The position numbers were made by a program, and so were the translations under genes. From Candidatus Multivoradales bacterium (GTDB lineage Bacteria; Acidobacteriota; Thermoanaerobaculia; Multivoradales; JAHEKO01): DNA of 64,000 nucleotides. The stretch lies in the NCBI GenBank assembly GCA_965223155.1, contig CBDCVR010000013.1, positions 128,001-192,000 on the forward strand, written 5' to 3'. Shown in pieces: positions 1 through 10,304 of this stretch (within the stretch, counting starts at the first letter, position 1; the number at the start of each line of letters is the position of its first letter). Under the pieces are notes generated by a model, which was not told the origin of the DNA, made no database searches, and saw only the letters and a list, made by a program, of their open reading frames with translations.

Positions 1-300
1 GGGAGTGGCGTCAGCTCGTTCAACTATCTTCAGGCCTTGCCCGTAGACTATTTGAAGATCGACGGCGGGTTGGTGCGGCACTGCAAGAGCGACCCGGTAC
101 AAAAGGCCATCGTCGAGTCGGTTGCCAAGATCGGCCGGTTGATGGGTATCGCCACCATATCGGAGTGCGTGGAGGACGAGGAGACCGCGCACTCGGTGGC
201 CGAGCTCGGCGTCGACTACGCACAGGGATATTGGTTTGGAAGACCGGCGCCGCTGGTTCGGGAGAATCTGAAGACGGCTGCGTCCTACTCCAGCGCATAG
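1..300 (+). CDS. C-terminal part of EAL-domain (c-di-GMP phosphodiesterase-type) protein, 5'-truncated by window edge
   Basis: Frame 1 reads GSGVSSFNYLQALPVDYLKIDG...ISECVE...GVDYAQGYWFGRP, the typical EAL C-terminal motifs; TAG at 298-300. Confidence 0.9.
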   Translation, partial: GSGVSSFNYLQALPVDYLKIDGGLVRHCKSDPVQKAIVESVAKIGRLMGIATISECVEDEETAHSVAELGVDYAQGYWFGRPAPLVRENLKTAASYSSA

Positions 301-313
301 CCTGCGAGGTCCA

Positions 314-3300
314 ATGGTGAGGCTCCGACGACCTATCAGAGCGAAGGCTTGGTGGTGTGCCTGCGTCCTGGTGCTGAGGGCTTCGATACTGGCGGCAGGG
401 CAGGAAGCTGAGGAGAAGCAGAGCGCCCTGGGCTCGCCTGCGATTCGATTCCAGAATTTCGGCATCGATGATGGGCTTGCCGACCGGTCGGTCCAGGCCG
501 TACTTCAGGATCGGCTCGGTTTCCTGTGGGTGGGAACCCTGGGCGGGGTCCATCGCTACGATGGATATTCGTTCGAGCTGTTCGAGCCTGAAGGCGAGAC
601 GGCCGCCGTGACTGCGATGGTCGAAGGTCCCGACGGCACGCTCTGGATTGGGACCGAGACCGGCCTCTTACGACTCGATCCCACAACCGAGCGGTTCTCC
701 TCGGTGCCTTACGATCCCGAGCAGAAGCCCCGGGCCCGGCATCGAGACGTAGCGGTGCTGCAAGTCGACCGGGCTGGGACGGTGTGGGTAGGGACCGGAG
801 CCGGACTCGACCTGCTGGACGCTACCAGCTCGTCGTATCGACGGGATCCAGCAGCGGAGGCACTCAAGCGGCACTTCGAGAATGTGGAGATATCTACCTT
901 CTTCGAGGATCAAGCTGGAAAGATCTGGATCGGGACCGAAGGACTAGGTCTCTATCGGATCAACCCTGACCTGACGGTCGATCGCCACTTTCGACACGAT
1001 CCCGGCCTGAAGGGGTCGCTGCCTGAGGATTCAGTCAGGGCGGTTCAAGAGGATCGAGACGGCTCGGTCTGGGTGGGCACGAATCGGCGCGGGCTTTGGC
1101 GTCTGGATCCGGCGACGGATCGGTTTCGGGACTACTCGATGCGGGTCGTGGATCTCGAGGAGCCTGCGGAGGTTGTCGTGTGGGAATTGCTACTCGACCG
1201 CAGCGACACGCTCTGGGCGGCGACCTATGGCGATGGCCTCTATCGTCTGGATCGAGAAAGCGATCGATTCGTGGCGTTGCGCTCGAGTTCGCTCGATCTC
1301 GAAAGTCTGAGTCACAATCAGGTGAGGAGTCTCTACCAGGACAGGGCCGGAGCGCTTTGGGTGGGGACTTATGGCGGGGGCCTCAACAAGTGGGATCCGG
1401 GCGCGGCGAAGTTTCGCACCTACCGCCATCTACCCGGCAGTCCGTTGGAGTCGATCCCGCCCGGCGAGGTCTATTCGGTGCTCGAGGACTCCGCTGGCCG
1501 CATCTGGACGGGAACGTTCGGCGGCGGCGTGTCCCGTTACGACCCCCGGGACGGCACCTATTCTCACTTTCGGCACGATGCCGCCGACCCGACGTCGCTG
1601 AGCAGCGATCGCGTTCTCGAGCTCTTCGAGGACTCATCCGGCCGGGTCTGGATAGGTACCTACGATGCCGGTCTCAATCGCTTCGTGCCGGACAGGAATG
1701 CGTTCGTCCAGTATGTCGAGCGTCCCGGCGACACGGCCAGCCTGCTGGACAACGATGTGCGGGGAATCGCAGAGGATAACGATGGCTATCTCTGGGTCGC
1801 GACATTTCGGGGTGGGCTGCAGCGCCTCGATCCGGAGTCGGATGAGTTCACGCACTTCCAGCACGATCCGAGCGATCCAAGGAGCTTGAGCTCGGCCCCT
1901 ATTACCAGTCTTCGGATGGGGCCAGACGACGCCCTCTGGACGGGACACTGGGTGGGGGGGCTCAACCGTTTCGATCTGAAGACCAACACCGTTCAGCGCT
2001 TCGAGACCACCGACGCCGAGCAGTCGCTCGGTGACAACCGTGTCTGGGGTATCGCGGTGGATCCTTCCGGTGATCTGTGGATCGCAACCGGCCGTGGCCT
2101 CAATCGGATGGATATCGAGACCCGAAGCTTCGAGCGCCTCATGAACCCGGACTCGTCGGCCAATCAGAGCTATTCCAGCCTGGTGCTCGACGAGGCGGGG
2201 GCCGTCTGGCTAGGAACCCGTACTGGCATTGTTCGTTTCGAGCCTGGCACGAAGTCCTTTGCCAGCTACGATGCTGGCGACGGTGCTCAGAATGGTTACT
2301 TGAATTCCAGCTCGAGCGCGATTCGCACGAGCACCAATGAGTTGCTCTTCGGGGGGGTGGCCGGCTTGACCGCCTTCTCGACGGAAGAGATTACCGTCAG
2401 CCTGGTCCCTCCACCGGCAGTCCTGACCGATTTCCAGGTTTTCAACCGACCGGTCGAGATCGGCGGCGACTCGCCGCTAGATCGGTCGATCGTTCAGGCG
2501 GAGGAGATCGTCCTCGAGCCCAGGCACAAGGTCTTTTCAATCAGCTTCAGCGGACTGAACTTCCGCGCGCCTTGGAAGAACCGATACCGGTATCGGCTTC
2601 GAGGGTTCGATGCCCGATGGACGGAGACCGATTCGCGGAGGCGGTTCGTAACGTACACGAGCCTGCCCGCCGGGAAATACACGTTCGAGGTTCTAGCCGC
2701 CAACAATGACGGCCAATGGAGCAAGCGGCCGCGCGAACTTTCGATCCGGGTGCTGCCCCCGTTCTGGAAGACTTGGTGGTTTCGCGTGCTGGCCGGTGTG
2801 CTGCTGACCCTGGGTGTTTGGGGCGCCCACGGTCTGAGGCTACGAGCAATCCGCCAGCAGAATCGTGAGCTCGAGCTCAGAGTGGATCAGCGTACTTCTG
2901 AGCTCCAGAAGGCCAACGACGAACTCGAAGCCGCAAACGATGAGCTCGAGGCCTTTGCCGGTATGGTGTCTCACGATCTAAGGGCTCCGTTGCGGGCAGT
3001 CGACGGGTACAGTGGAATCCTGCTCGAAGAGCTGGGCTCCTCCGCGCCGCAGACGGCCATCGAGCGGTTCGGCCGGATTCGCTCTCGGACCAGGGAAATG
3101 CAACAGCTGCTCGACGATCTCTTGAGTTTCTGCCGAGTTCGAGACAGCGCCATGGAGGCACGCTCGATCGATCTCTCAGCGCTGGCCGAGCGCATCGCCG
3201 CTGACCTGGCCGACCAGCATCCCGAGCGCATTGTCGCGGTGGACATCGAGCCGGGGTTGCACGCCCAGGGCGACGAGAGCCTGATCCGGGTCGTCGTACG

Positions 3301-3667
3301 GAATCTGCTCGAGAACGCCTGGAAGTACTCTGCTCGCGAACCCCGCGCTCGGGTCGAGGTCGGCTCCGTGGAGGTGGATGGCGTTTCGGCATTTTTCGTG
3401 CGAGACAACGGCGCCGGCTTCGACCCGACGTACCAGGACAAGCTCTTCCGGGCCTTCGAGCGGCTCCATCGGTCGGAAGAGTTCCGTGGCGCGGGCTTGG
3501 GTCTTGCGACCGTACAGAAGATCGTCCATCGTCACGGCGGTACCGTTTGGGCGTCTTCCGAGCTCGGCCAGGGTGCGACCTTCTTCATCGCCTTGCCGAC
3601 CGCGCCCGACCCAGGTCCCGAGCCGGAGGTGAACCGTAGCGGCTTCTGGCCCCGATGGACCGACTAG
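314..3667 (+). CDS. Sensor histidine kinase with periplasmic beta-propeller (Reg_prop repeats), Y_Y_Y domain, TM helix, HisKA and HATPase
   Basis: Signal peptide; repeated DxxGxlWvGT blades; YTSLPAGKYTFEV (Y_Y_Y); PPFWKTWWF TM; SHDLRAPL H-box; NLLENAWKY, DNGAGF and GAGLGL boxes. Confidence 0.93.
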   Translation: MVRLRRPIRAKAWWCACVLVLRASILAAGQEAEEKQSALGSPAIRFQNFGIDDGLADRSVQAVLQDRLGFLWVGTLGGVHRYDGYSFELFEPEGETAAVTAMVEGPDGTLWIGTETGLLRLDPTTERFSSVPYDPEQKPRARHRDVAVLQVDRAGTVWVGTGAGLDLLDATSSSYRRDPAAEALKRHFENVEISTFFEDQAGKIWIGTEGLGLYRINPDLTVDRHFRHDPGLKGSLPEDSVRAVQEDRDGSVWVGTNRRGLWRLDPATDRFRDYSMRVVDLEEPAEVVVWELLLDRSDTLWAATYGDGLYRLDRESDRFVALRSSSLDLESLSHNQVRSLYQDRAGALWVGTYGGGLNKWDPGAAKFRTYRHLPGSPLESIPPGEVYSVLEDSAGRIWTGTFGGGVSRYDPRDGTYSHFRHDAADPTSLSSDRVLELFEDSSGRVWIGTYDAGLNRFVPDRNAFVQYVERPGDTASLLDNDVRGIAEDNDGYLWVATFRGGLQRLDPESDEFTHFQHDPSDPRSLSSAPITSLRMGPDDALWTGHWVGGLNRFDLKTNTVQRFETTDAEQSLGDNRVWGIAVDPSGDLWIATGRGLNRMDIETRSFERLMNPDSSANQSYSSLVLDEAGAVWLGTRTGIVRFEPGTKSFASYDAGDGAQNGYLNSSSSAIRTSTNELLFGGVAGLTAFSTEEITVSLVPPPAVLTDFQVFNRPVEIGGDSPLDRSIVQAEEIVLEPRHKVFSISFSGLNFRAPWKNRYRYRLRGFDARWTETDSRRRFVTYTSLPAGKYTFEVLAANNDGQWSKRPRELSIRVLPPFWKTWWFRVLAGVLLTLGVWGAHGLRLRAIRQQNRELELRVDQRTSELQKANDELEAANDELEAFAGMVSHDLRAPLRAVDGYSGILLEELGSSAPQTAIERFGRIRSRTREMQQLLDDLLSFCRVRDSAMEARSIDLSALAERIAADLADQHPERIVAVDIEPGLHAQGDESLIRVVVRNLLENAWKYSAREPRARVEVGSVEVDGVSAFFVRDNGAGFDPTYQDKLFRAFERLHRSEEFRGAGLGLATVQKIVHRHGGTVWASSELGQGATFFIALPTAPDPGPEPEVNRSGFWPRWTD

Positions 3668-4480
3668 GGCCTGTTAACACTTAAGGGTTAGGATCGTATA
3701 AGCTCCGTGCATGGAAATCACGGAGAAACAGTACGAGCGCATTGCAGATTGCTTTCCAGTGCAGCGAGGCAACGTCAGCGTGCCGAATGTTCAAGTGCTG
3801 AACGCAATTCTCTACGTTGCCGAACACGGCTGCAAGTGGCGCGGGCTCCCGAAACGATTCGGGAATTGGCACACGATCTACACTCGCATGAACCGTTGGT
3901 CCAAGAACGGCGTGTTGGATCGGGTGTTCGCGCGGCTCCAAGAGGAGCAGATCGTGCGAGTCAAGATCGAGGCCGTGTCACTTGACAGCACGATCGTGCG
4001 GGTTCACCCCGACGGTACGGGAGCATTAAAAAAAACGGCCCCCAGGCCATTGGAAAGTCCCGCGGTGGATGGACCACCAAGATTCATATGGTTGCCGCAG
4101 ATGCTCGAACAGCCATCACCTTCTGCCTCTCGCCCGGCCAAGCGCACGATGCGCCCGTCGGCCGATGCTTGCTGAAAGACCTGGGCCGACCGAAGCAACC
4201 GATCGCGCTTGTCATGGACCGAGCCTACGAAGGCAACGAAACCCGACAACTCGCTCTGAATCTCGGCTATACCCCTGTCGTGCCACCCTTGAGCACTCGC
4301 CTTCGGCCCTGGGCCTACGACCGGCTCCTCTACAAACGTCGCAACGAGATCGAACGGCTCTTTCGCCGGCTCAAAGGCTACCGGCGCATCTTTTCCAGAT
4401 TCGAGAAGCTCGACGTCATGTACATCGCCTTCATCCATTTCGCCCTCATCGCTGATGCACTGCGACAGTGTTAACACGCC
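3668..4480 (+). mobile_element. IS5-family (IS427-group-like) insertion sequence
   Basis: 14-bp terminal IRs GGCCTGTTAACACT (3668-3681) and AGTGTTAACACGCC (4467-4480), 1 mismatch; flanked by CTAG at 3664-3667 and 4481-4484; two overlapping transposase ORFs. Confidence 0.93.
3711..4474 (+). CDS. IS5-family transposase, orfA/orfB joined by a predicted -1 frameshift at A8 (4028-4035)
   Basis: orfA has GCKWRGLP..FGNWHTIY..RW and SLDST; the -1 frame continues KNGPQAIGKSRGGWTTKIH...MDRAY...YKRRNEIERLF (DDE); stop TAA lies within the right IR. Confidence 0.88.
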
Positions 4481-5536
4481 CTAGTGCAAGGTCTGGCCGG
4501 TTTCGATCTCCAGCAGCCGGCGTTTGCGCCAGACACCGCCGCCGTAGCCCGACAGGCTACCATCGGCCGCGATGACCCGGTGACAGGGAATCAGGACGGC
4601 GATGCGATTGTCGCCGTTCGCCCGCGCCACAGCACGAACCGCCTCGGGCCGGCCCAGCGCGGTTGCTATCTCAGAGTAGCTCCGCGTCTCGCCGTAGGGG
4701 ATGCGCCGCAGTTCGCGCCAGACGGACTCCTGAAACGGCGTCCCTGGCGCGGCTAGGGACACGTCGAATTCCCGGAGTCGGCCCTCGAAATAGGCTGCGA
4801 GTTGGCGCTCGAGTCTTGGAAAGAGAGGCGAAGACTCGGGAATCGTCACTGCATTCCAACGCCGGACCAGCGTCTGGAGCTGGCGCGGGAGCTGGCGCCG
4901 GTCGGCGAACTCCAGCAACACGAGCTCGTCCGTGGTCGCCGCGGCGAGCATCCATCCCAGGGGTGTGTCGATGCGGTTGACGAAGATCTCGGTGATCTCG
5001 CGGCTCCTGACCGGACTGTGTCCGGTGAACCGGTGAAATGCGTCGCCGAAGCCGCTCAGCGAATCGAAGCCGCTATCGAAGGCAGCGTCAGTGACGCGCT
5101 CGCCGTGGCGGATTCGACCCAGCGCCCGGCCCAGGCGCCGGGCTCTGCTGTAGGCGTGAAAGGTCATTCCCAGGTGGGTTTGAAACCAACGCCGGACCCG
5201 CGACGGGCTGAGGCCGAGTTGGCGCAGGTCCTGGTCGCGCCAGCGAACCTCAGGCTCGCGATCGACTCGATTCAAGAGGTCGGCGATCCAGTCCGGAGTC
5301 TGGCGCGGGTTGAGCGGCCGGCACCGCTTGCACGGTCGGTAGCCGGCGTGCAACGCCTGGCCGCAGTCGGAGAAGAACTCCACGTTCTCCGGCTTGGGCT
5401 TGCGCGCCGGACACGTCGGCAAGCAGAAGATTCCTGTGGTTCGGACGCCGGTCAGGAAGACCCCTTCGTAGCTCGCATCGCGGTTCATGAAGGCCGCCAC
5501 CATCTCGGTCTTGGGAGGAAGCGCTGTATTTCTCAT
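4481..5536 (-). CDS. ada: Bifunctional Ada-type regulator / O6-methylguanine-DNA methyltransferase
   Basis: GVRTTGIFCLPTCPAR and GYRPCKRCRP Zn site, AraC HTH, C-terminal PCHRV active site. Confidence 0.92.
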   Translation of the reverse strand: MRNTALPPKTEMVAAFMNRDASYEGVFLTGVRTTGIFCLPTCPARKPKPENVEFFSDCGQALHAGYRPCKRCRPLNPRQTPDWIADLLNRVDREPEVRWRDQDLRQLGLSPSRVRRWFQTHLGMTFHAYSRARRLGRALGRIRHGERVTDAAFDSGFDSLSGFGDAFHRFTGHSPVRSREITEIFVNRIDTPLGWMLAAATTDELVLLEFADRRQLPRQLQTLVRRWNAVTIPESSPLFPRLERQLAAYFEGRLREFDVSLAAPGTPFQESVWRELRRIPYGETRSYSEIATALGRPEAVRAVARANGDNRIAVLIPCHRVIAADGSLSGYGGGVWRKRRLLEIETGQTLH

Positions 5537-5599
5537 GGCGCGATCCTGAAGGTATCGCGGAATGCTCGCAACCGATTCCGGTACGTCGAATTCGAGCGT

Positions 5600-8230
5600 T
5601 TAGTCGGGGTCTGACTGATCCCCGGAACCGCCGTCCTGACCAGGGTTCGGCCCGACCACCGAGACCAGCCAGTCTGAAGGCACCAGGTGGCGCCCCGCCA
5701 CGCGCCGGACTTCCTCGGCAGTAACTTGGCGGATTCGGCGCTCGATCTCGTCGAAGTCGGCTCCCAAGCCCAGGAGTAGCTCTTGCCGGGCGCGCTGCCT
5801 CGCCCGATCGGCGTGCGACACGGTCGAGAAAGAGCCCACGGTCTTGTCCTGGGCGTTCTTGAGCTCTTCACTGGTGATGCCTTCCGCTGCCAGTGTCGCA
5901 ACGGCTTCCCGAATTCCCTCGATCAAGCGCTCGGCGTTGTCAGGAGAGACTCCGGCTTGAACCGTGAGGAGGCTTGGGCCAAGCCGTGCCTCGAGGTCAG
6001 CCACGAGCCAGTAGGCGAGCGGTTCGTCCCCGCGCACGAAGGTGTAGAACAGTCGAGACCAGAGGACCCGAGCGGCGACCTGGAGTGGAAAGAAGTCGTC
6101 GCTCCGCGCTCCAACCGTGGGCAGGCCGGTCGCGACCTGGCTTTGTGGGACGTCCCGAGAGATCGCGATGGAGCCCGGCGCCGGTGCGAGGTACCGTGCG
6201 GCAAGCGGAGCCCGCCAGCTCGTCCCGGGGGGAAGGCCTTCGAGAGGAGCCAGAAGGTCACGCGCGCCGCCGAGATCCGTCCCGCCGGCGAGGGCGAGGA
6301 TCGTACGCCGGCCCCGCAACGTCTCCTCGAGGAACTCCGAAAGTCGATCGGTGTCGATGCGATCCAGGGACTCGGCCAGGGGTTGAACGCCGTAGGGATG
6401 GCCAGGGAAGAGCGCGCGCACGAGCCGCGAGCGGACGAGGTTCTCGCTCCTTCCGGATCGGGACGCGACCGCGGCCTGCACCCGTCGGCGTGCCGAGTCC
6501 ACGAGCCCGGGTGTGATGCGCGGGCTGGCGACCGCCTGAGCGAGCGCACCGATGAGTTCGGGAGAGTCCTCGGCCAGAGACTCGATCGCGATGCCGATGG
6601 AGTCGGGTGTCGAACGCACCAGGACACGGCCGCCGACCGAGGCGACGAACTCTTCCAGGGTTTCTTCGCCGTTGACAGGTTGCAGAGCGAGACTCTGGGC
6701 CGCGAGTTCGACGAGGCCGCCCAGAGATTCCGGGACGTTCCACGGCGCTCCGGCCAGGAGTAGTTCGAGAGCCTGGATCGGGCTGCCGGGGCGCTCCTCT
6801 AGGAGGACGGTAGAGCCGTTCGCCAAGGCCATGCGGCTGATCTTGGAAGCGCCGTCAGCCTCGACCGAGGCTTGAGGCCATCTCGCAGCGGTCTCATCGG
6901 CCAGGTCCCGCCATCCCGCCGGTTCCAGGTTCGCTCCACCGGCGACGAGGTTGCAGCGGCTGGGGTCGAGATACCTGGCCACGACTCGAGAGACATCCGC
7001 GGTGGTGACGCCCTGGATGCGCTCGTCGTAGTGGAGCTCGAGGACGTAGCCGCCGGCGAGCTCCGCTTCGGCAAGGGCCCCGGCGCGGCGGCTCAGCGAC
7101 TCCTGGGCGAGGGCCCGCTCGAACTGGATCGATCGCCGCGCCCGCCGCGCCTCAGCGTCGTCAGGTTCATGCCTCGCCAGGTCGGCGAGTACCTCCCAGA
7201 AACGTGTGAGGACGCGGCGCTCCTGGCCGGCGGGAACTTCGAGTTGGAAGGTGAAAAGACCCGGGTCGCGAGCGCGGCTCGAGGCGGCTGAAGCCGAAAG
7301 CGCCGCTCCGGATTCGAGCAACGCGATTGCGAGCCGGGAGCCGGCGCCGCCGGCCAGGATCTGGCTCGCGACGTCGAGCACTGCGGCGTCGGGGTGCGCC
7401 ACTCCCGGAACCTTGCATCCGAGAAGCAACCGGGTGGCCTCGGTGGGGCCAGAGACGAAGACCTCACGATAGTGCGGCTGCGGAGGCTCGGGCGTGTTCA
7501 GCTCGAAGCTGGGCGCGCCCGCGGAGTAGCCGCCGAAAGCGGATTCGATCTGCTCCCGCGTGGCGGCCGGGCCGAGATCGCCGATCACCACGAGGAAGAG
7601 GTGATTCGGCGTGAACCTCTCCGAGTGGAGCGTCCGGAGGGTCTCGGTGGAAACGTCGCGGACCACTTCCTCCCGGCCGATCGTCATGCTCCGGTACGGA
7701 TGCCGAGTAAAGGCGATGGGCCAGAGAGCGTGGGCCGCCGGTCCGAACGGCATGGCCAGGCCACGAGACAACTCTTGCAGAACCACCTCCCGCTCCTGAC
7801 CTACCTTGGCGTCCGTGATCTCGACGTCGAACAGCGCCTCGGCGTACGACTCGAGGCTGGCTGGGAGTTCCCCGGACGGGACCTGGAAGCTGTAGCAGCT
7901 CCCGTCCTGGCTGGTAGATCCACCGAAGTTCATCTTCGAACGCACTGAGCGCCATTCCAGCTCTGGAAGCGAGGCCGTGCCGCCCCGGCCGATCAGGTGC
8001 TCCACGAAGTGCGTGAGCCCTTTTTCTTCGAGCGTCTCGGTTCGTCCTCCGATCCGAAAGCATCCGGTCACCGCCACTTCGGGGCGGCTGCGATCTTCGA
8101 CGAGAACGTATTCCAGGCCGTTGGAAAGCGTGCCCGAGGAGAGGCCGGGGCTCGCCGTCGCCGCTGAGGTCAGGAGCAGGCTCAGTCCAGCGGCCAGCAC
8201 CGACATCCTCTGAGTTCCGTCTCCGGTCAT
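5600..8230 (-). CDS. Secreted M16 (pitrilysin/insulinase) family zinc peptidase
   Basis: Signal peptide; LSNGL start; inverted zincin HFVEH; EREVVLQE; HPY motifs; second, inactive M16 half. Confidence 0.88.
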   Translation of the reverse strand: MTGDGTQRMSVLAAGLSLLLTSAATASPGLSSGTLSNGLEYVLVEDRSRPEVAVTGCFRIGGRTETLEEKGLTHFVEHLIGRGGTASLPELEWRSVRSKMNFGGSTSQDGSCYSFQVPSGELPASLESYAEALFDVEITDAKVGQEREVVLQELSRGLAMPFGPAAHALWPIAFTRHPYRSMTIGREEVVRDVSTETLRTLHSERFTPNHLFLVVIGDLGPAATREQIESAFGGYSAGAPSFELNTPEPPQPHYREVFVSGPTEATRLLLGCKVPGVAHPDAAVLDVASQILAGGAGSRLAIALLESGAALSASAASSRARDPGLFTFQLEVPAGQERRVLTRFWEVLADLARHEPDDAEARRARRSIQFERALAQESLSRRAGALAEAELAGGYVLELHYDERIQGVTTADVSRVVARYLDPSRCNLVAGGANLEPAGWRDLADETAARWPQASVEADGASKISRMALANGSTVLLEERPGSPIQALELLLAGAPWNVPESLGGLVELAAQSLALQPVNGEETLEEFVASVGGRVLVRSTPDSIGIAIESLAEDSPELIGALAQAVASPRITPGLVDSARRRVQAAVASRSGRSENLVRSRLVRALFPGHPYGVQPLAESLDRIDTDRLSEFLEETLRGRRTILALAGGTDLGGARDLLAPLEGLPPGTSWRAPLAARYLAPAPGSIAISRDVPQSQVATGLPTVGARSDDFFPLQVAARVLWSRLFYTFVRGDEPLAYWLVADLEARLGPSLLTVQAGVSPDNAERLIEGIREAVATLAAEGITSEELKNAQDKTVGSFSTVSHADRARQRARQELLLGLGADFDEIERRIRQVTAEEVRRVAGRHLVPSDWLVSVVGPNPGQDGGSGDQSDPD

Positions 8231-8338
8231 GGACTATCGACGTTACACTGCCTCCGGGGAACGTTCCAGGAGACCGAGCGAGGTTGAGTGGATTGTCTCG
8301 GACCGCATGGTAGCGTCGCGGGGCAGCTACGTTGTGCG

Positions 8339-10144
8339 ATGCAAGGCATTCGAACTCTCCGAGGCCGAGTAGCTCTTGGCGCGATCGTGCTCGTCATGAG
8401 CCTTGCTTGCCGTTCCGAAGCTCCCGAGCTCGTGCTCCAGGTGTTGGACGAGGCGACGGGCGACCCGACGCCGGCGCGCGTCGAGATCGTCGACGCGTCG
8501 GGAACCTCGTTCATCGCCTCGAACGCTCTCAAGGTGGCCGGGGACTGCGGCTGGTACCCGGTGCACAACTGGATCGGATGGTGGGCGCAAGTTCAGATGC
8601 TGCGGGCACTGCGTGCCGAAGTACCGAATCCGTTTACCGGCACCTCGCAGTTCTACGTCCGAGGCTCGGCACATGTCGATCTTCCGAGCGGGACCTATAG
8701 GGTTCGTGCCTTCAAAGGTATCGAGTACCACGTCGTCGAGCGCGAGATCCAGATCGTTGCCGGCAAGTCTCGGACGCTCGAGCTCGTGATGTCGCGCTGG
8801 ATCGATCTACCGGGCGAGAACTGGTACAGCGCCGACGATCATCTGCACATCGCCCGTCCACACCCGCGCTTCGACGAGCGGATCGCAACCTGGATGGAGG
8901 CGGAGGATCTCCACGTGGCAAATCTCCTCCAGATGGGACTCGCCCAGGAGCTGTACATCACCCCGCAGTACGCCTTTGGAGAACGCTCGATTCACCAGGG
9001 GCCGGCGGGCCTGCTCGCCACTGGTCAAGAGAACCCGCGAACCCATGTTCTGGGCCACGCCATCACTCTCGGCGCCGAGCGCTGGCTGGACGCGCCCGAG
9101 ACATACCTTGCCTACGACCGCCTGTGGCAGGCCGCCCACGAAGCCGGGGGCGTGAACGGCTTCGCGCATTGGGGCCTGGGAGGCGCCGACGAAGGCATCG
9201 CCACCTGGGCTCCGGAGCGCCTCCTGGATTTCCTCGAGGTGCTGGGCTTCGGGCTGCCGTACTACGAAATCTGGTACGACCTTCTCAATCTCGGGCTGCG
9301 GGTCGCGCCGACCGCCGGCACGGACTATCCCTGCGGTCCGAGCCTGCCCGGGCGCGAGCGGTTCTACACCCGGGTCGAAGGGCCGCTGTCGTACCGAGCT
9401 TGGGTCGAGGCCGTGCGGGCCGGCAAGACCTTCGTAACCAACGGACCGATGCTCGACCTGCGGCTAGAAGGTGTCGATATCGGCGGAGAGACCGAGATCC
9501 CCGAACCTAGGAATGTCCTCGTTCGGGGACGGGTCCGCTTTGATCCGTCGCGAGATGCGGTGACCCGTCTCGAGCTGGTCCAAGCAGGGAAGGTCGTGGC
9601 TTCTGCCCGGGCCGGTGACAAGACAGGGGAGTTCGCGATCGAGACGTGGCTGCCGATCGACTCCAGTACCTGGATCGCCTTGCGGGCATCGGGAACGAAG
9701 ATCGGAGAGACGCCGGTCGCAGGCATGGAATTCCTGAAACAGGCCCTGACTCATCTTCCGCGGGCTACCGCCGGCGACGTGCTTGGCAGTGCCAGCTTTC
9801 CCAAGAATGGACAGCCCCGAGCTTCCGCGGCCCACACCGCTCCCATCTGGATCACCGTCTCGGGAGGCCCGAGACTCGAGGACCAGGCGCCGGCCCGTGC
9901 CGCCGCTCGCAGGCTCCTTGGTCTCCTGGACGAGCTGGAAGGCCGATTCGAGGACGGTTCGCTGCCGACCATGGCGGGGTTTCCGGGGCGCGGCGATGGC
10001 GTTGGTGAGGAGGGCCTCAGAGCCGGCCGCGCCGCGCTTCTCGAGTCCGTGGCCCGAGCGAGGCGGAACTACCGGGAGCTCCTTGCGGGCGAATCAGGGG
10101 GGGAGTCTGCGGGTGAGATCGGATCGACGCCGGGATCGAGCTGA
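8339..10144 (+). CDS. CehA/McbA-like PHP-type metallohydrolase, probably exported
   Basis: WYSADDHLH, GHA, FAH, AGTDY and G(K)TFVTNGP motifs; hydrophobic N-terminus ending SLAC. ATG 8339 preferred over GTG 8288. Confidence 0.72.
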   Translation: MQGIRTLRGRVALGAIVLVMSLACRSEAPELVLQVLDEATGDPTPARVEIVDASGTSFIASNALKVAGDCGWYPVHNWIGWWAQVQMLRALRAEVPNPFTGTSQFYVRGSAHVDLPSGTYRVRAFKGIEYHVVEREIQIVAGKSRTLELVMSRWIDLPGENWYSADDHLHIARPHPRFDERIATWMEAEDLHVANLLQMGLAQELYITPQYAFGERSIHQGPAGLLATGQENPRTHVLGHAITLGAERWLDAPETYLAYDRLWQAAHEAGGVNGFAHWGLGGADEGIATWAPERLLDFLEVLGFGLPYYEIWYDLLNLGLRVAPTAGTDYPCGPSLPGRERFYTRVEGPLSYRAWVEAVRAGKTFVTNGPMLDLRLEGVDIGGETEIPEPRNVLVRGRVRFDPSRDAVTRLELVQAGKVVASARAGDKTGEFAIETWLPIDSSTWIALRASGTKIGETPVAGMEFLKQALTHLPRATAGDVLGSASFPKNGQPRASAAHTAPIWITVSGGPRLEDQAPARAAARRLLGLLDELEGRFEDGSLPTMAGFPGRGDGVGEEGLRAGRAALLESVARARRNYRELLAGESGGESAGEIGSTPGSS

Positions 10145-10207
10145 GGGTGGGCCGGGAGCCGACGCCCTGCGAACACCGAGCCGTGCACCACGCGGGCGCT
10201 GCGCTCA

Positions 10208-10216
10208 GGTAGCCCT
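10208..10216 (+). other. Putative left attachment-site core GGTAGCCCT
   Basis: Matches 30518-30526 at 8/9; joining the two cores extends the recombinase in frame to TGA 10287-10289. Confidence 0.65.
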
Positions 10217-10304
10217 CGGGCCGCGCCTTTCAAACCCGCTCATCGTCGAGCTGACCGCATTCGAGTCTCTGAGAACAGCCGTTGGCTGAGTCTCGGAGGC
10301 CGTC

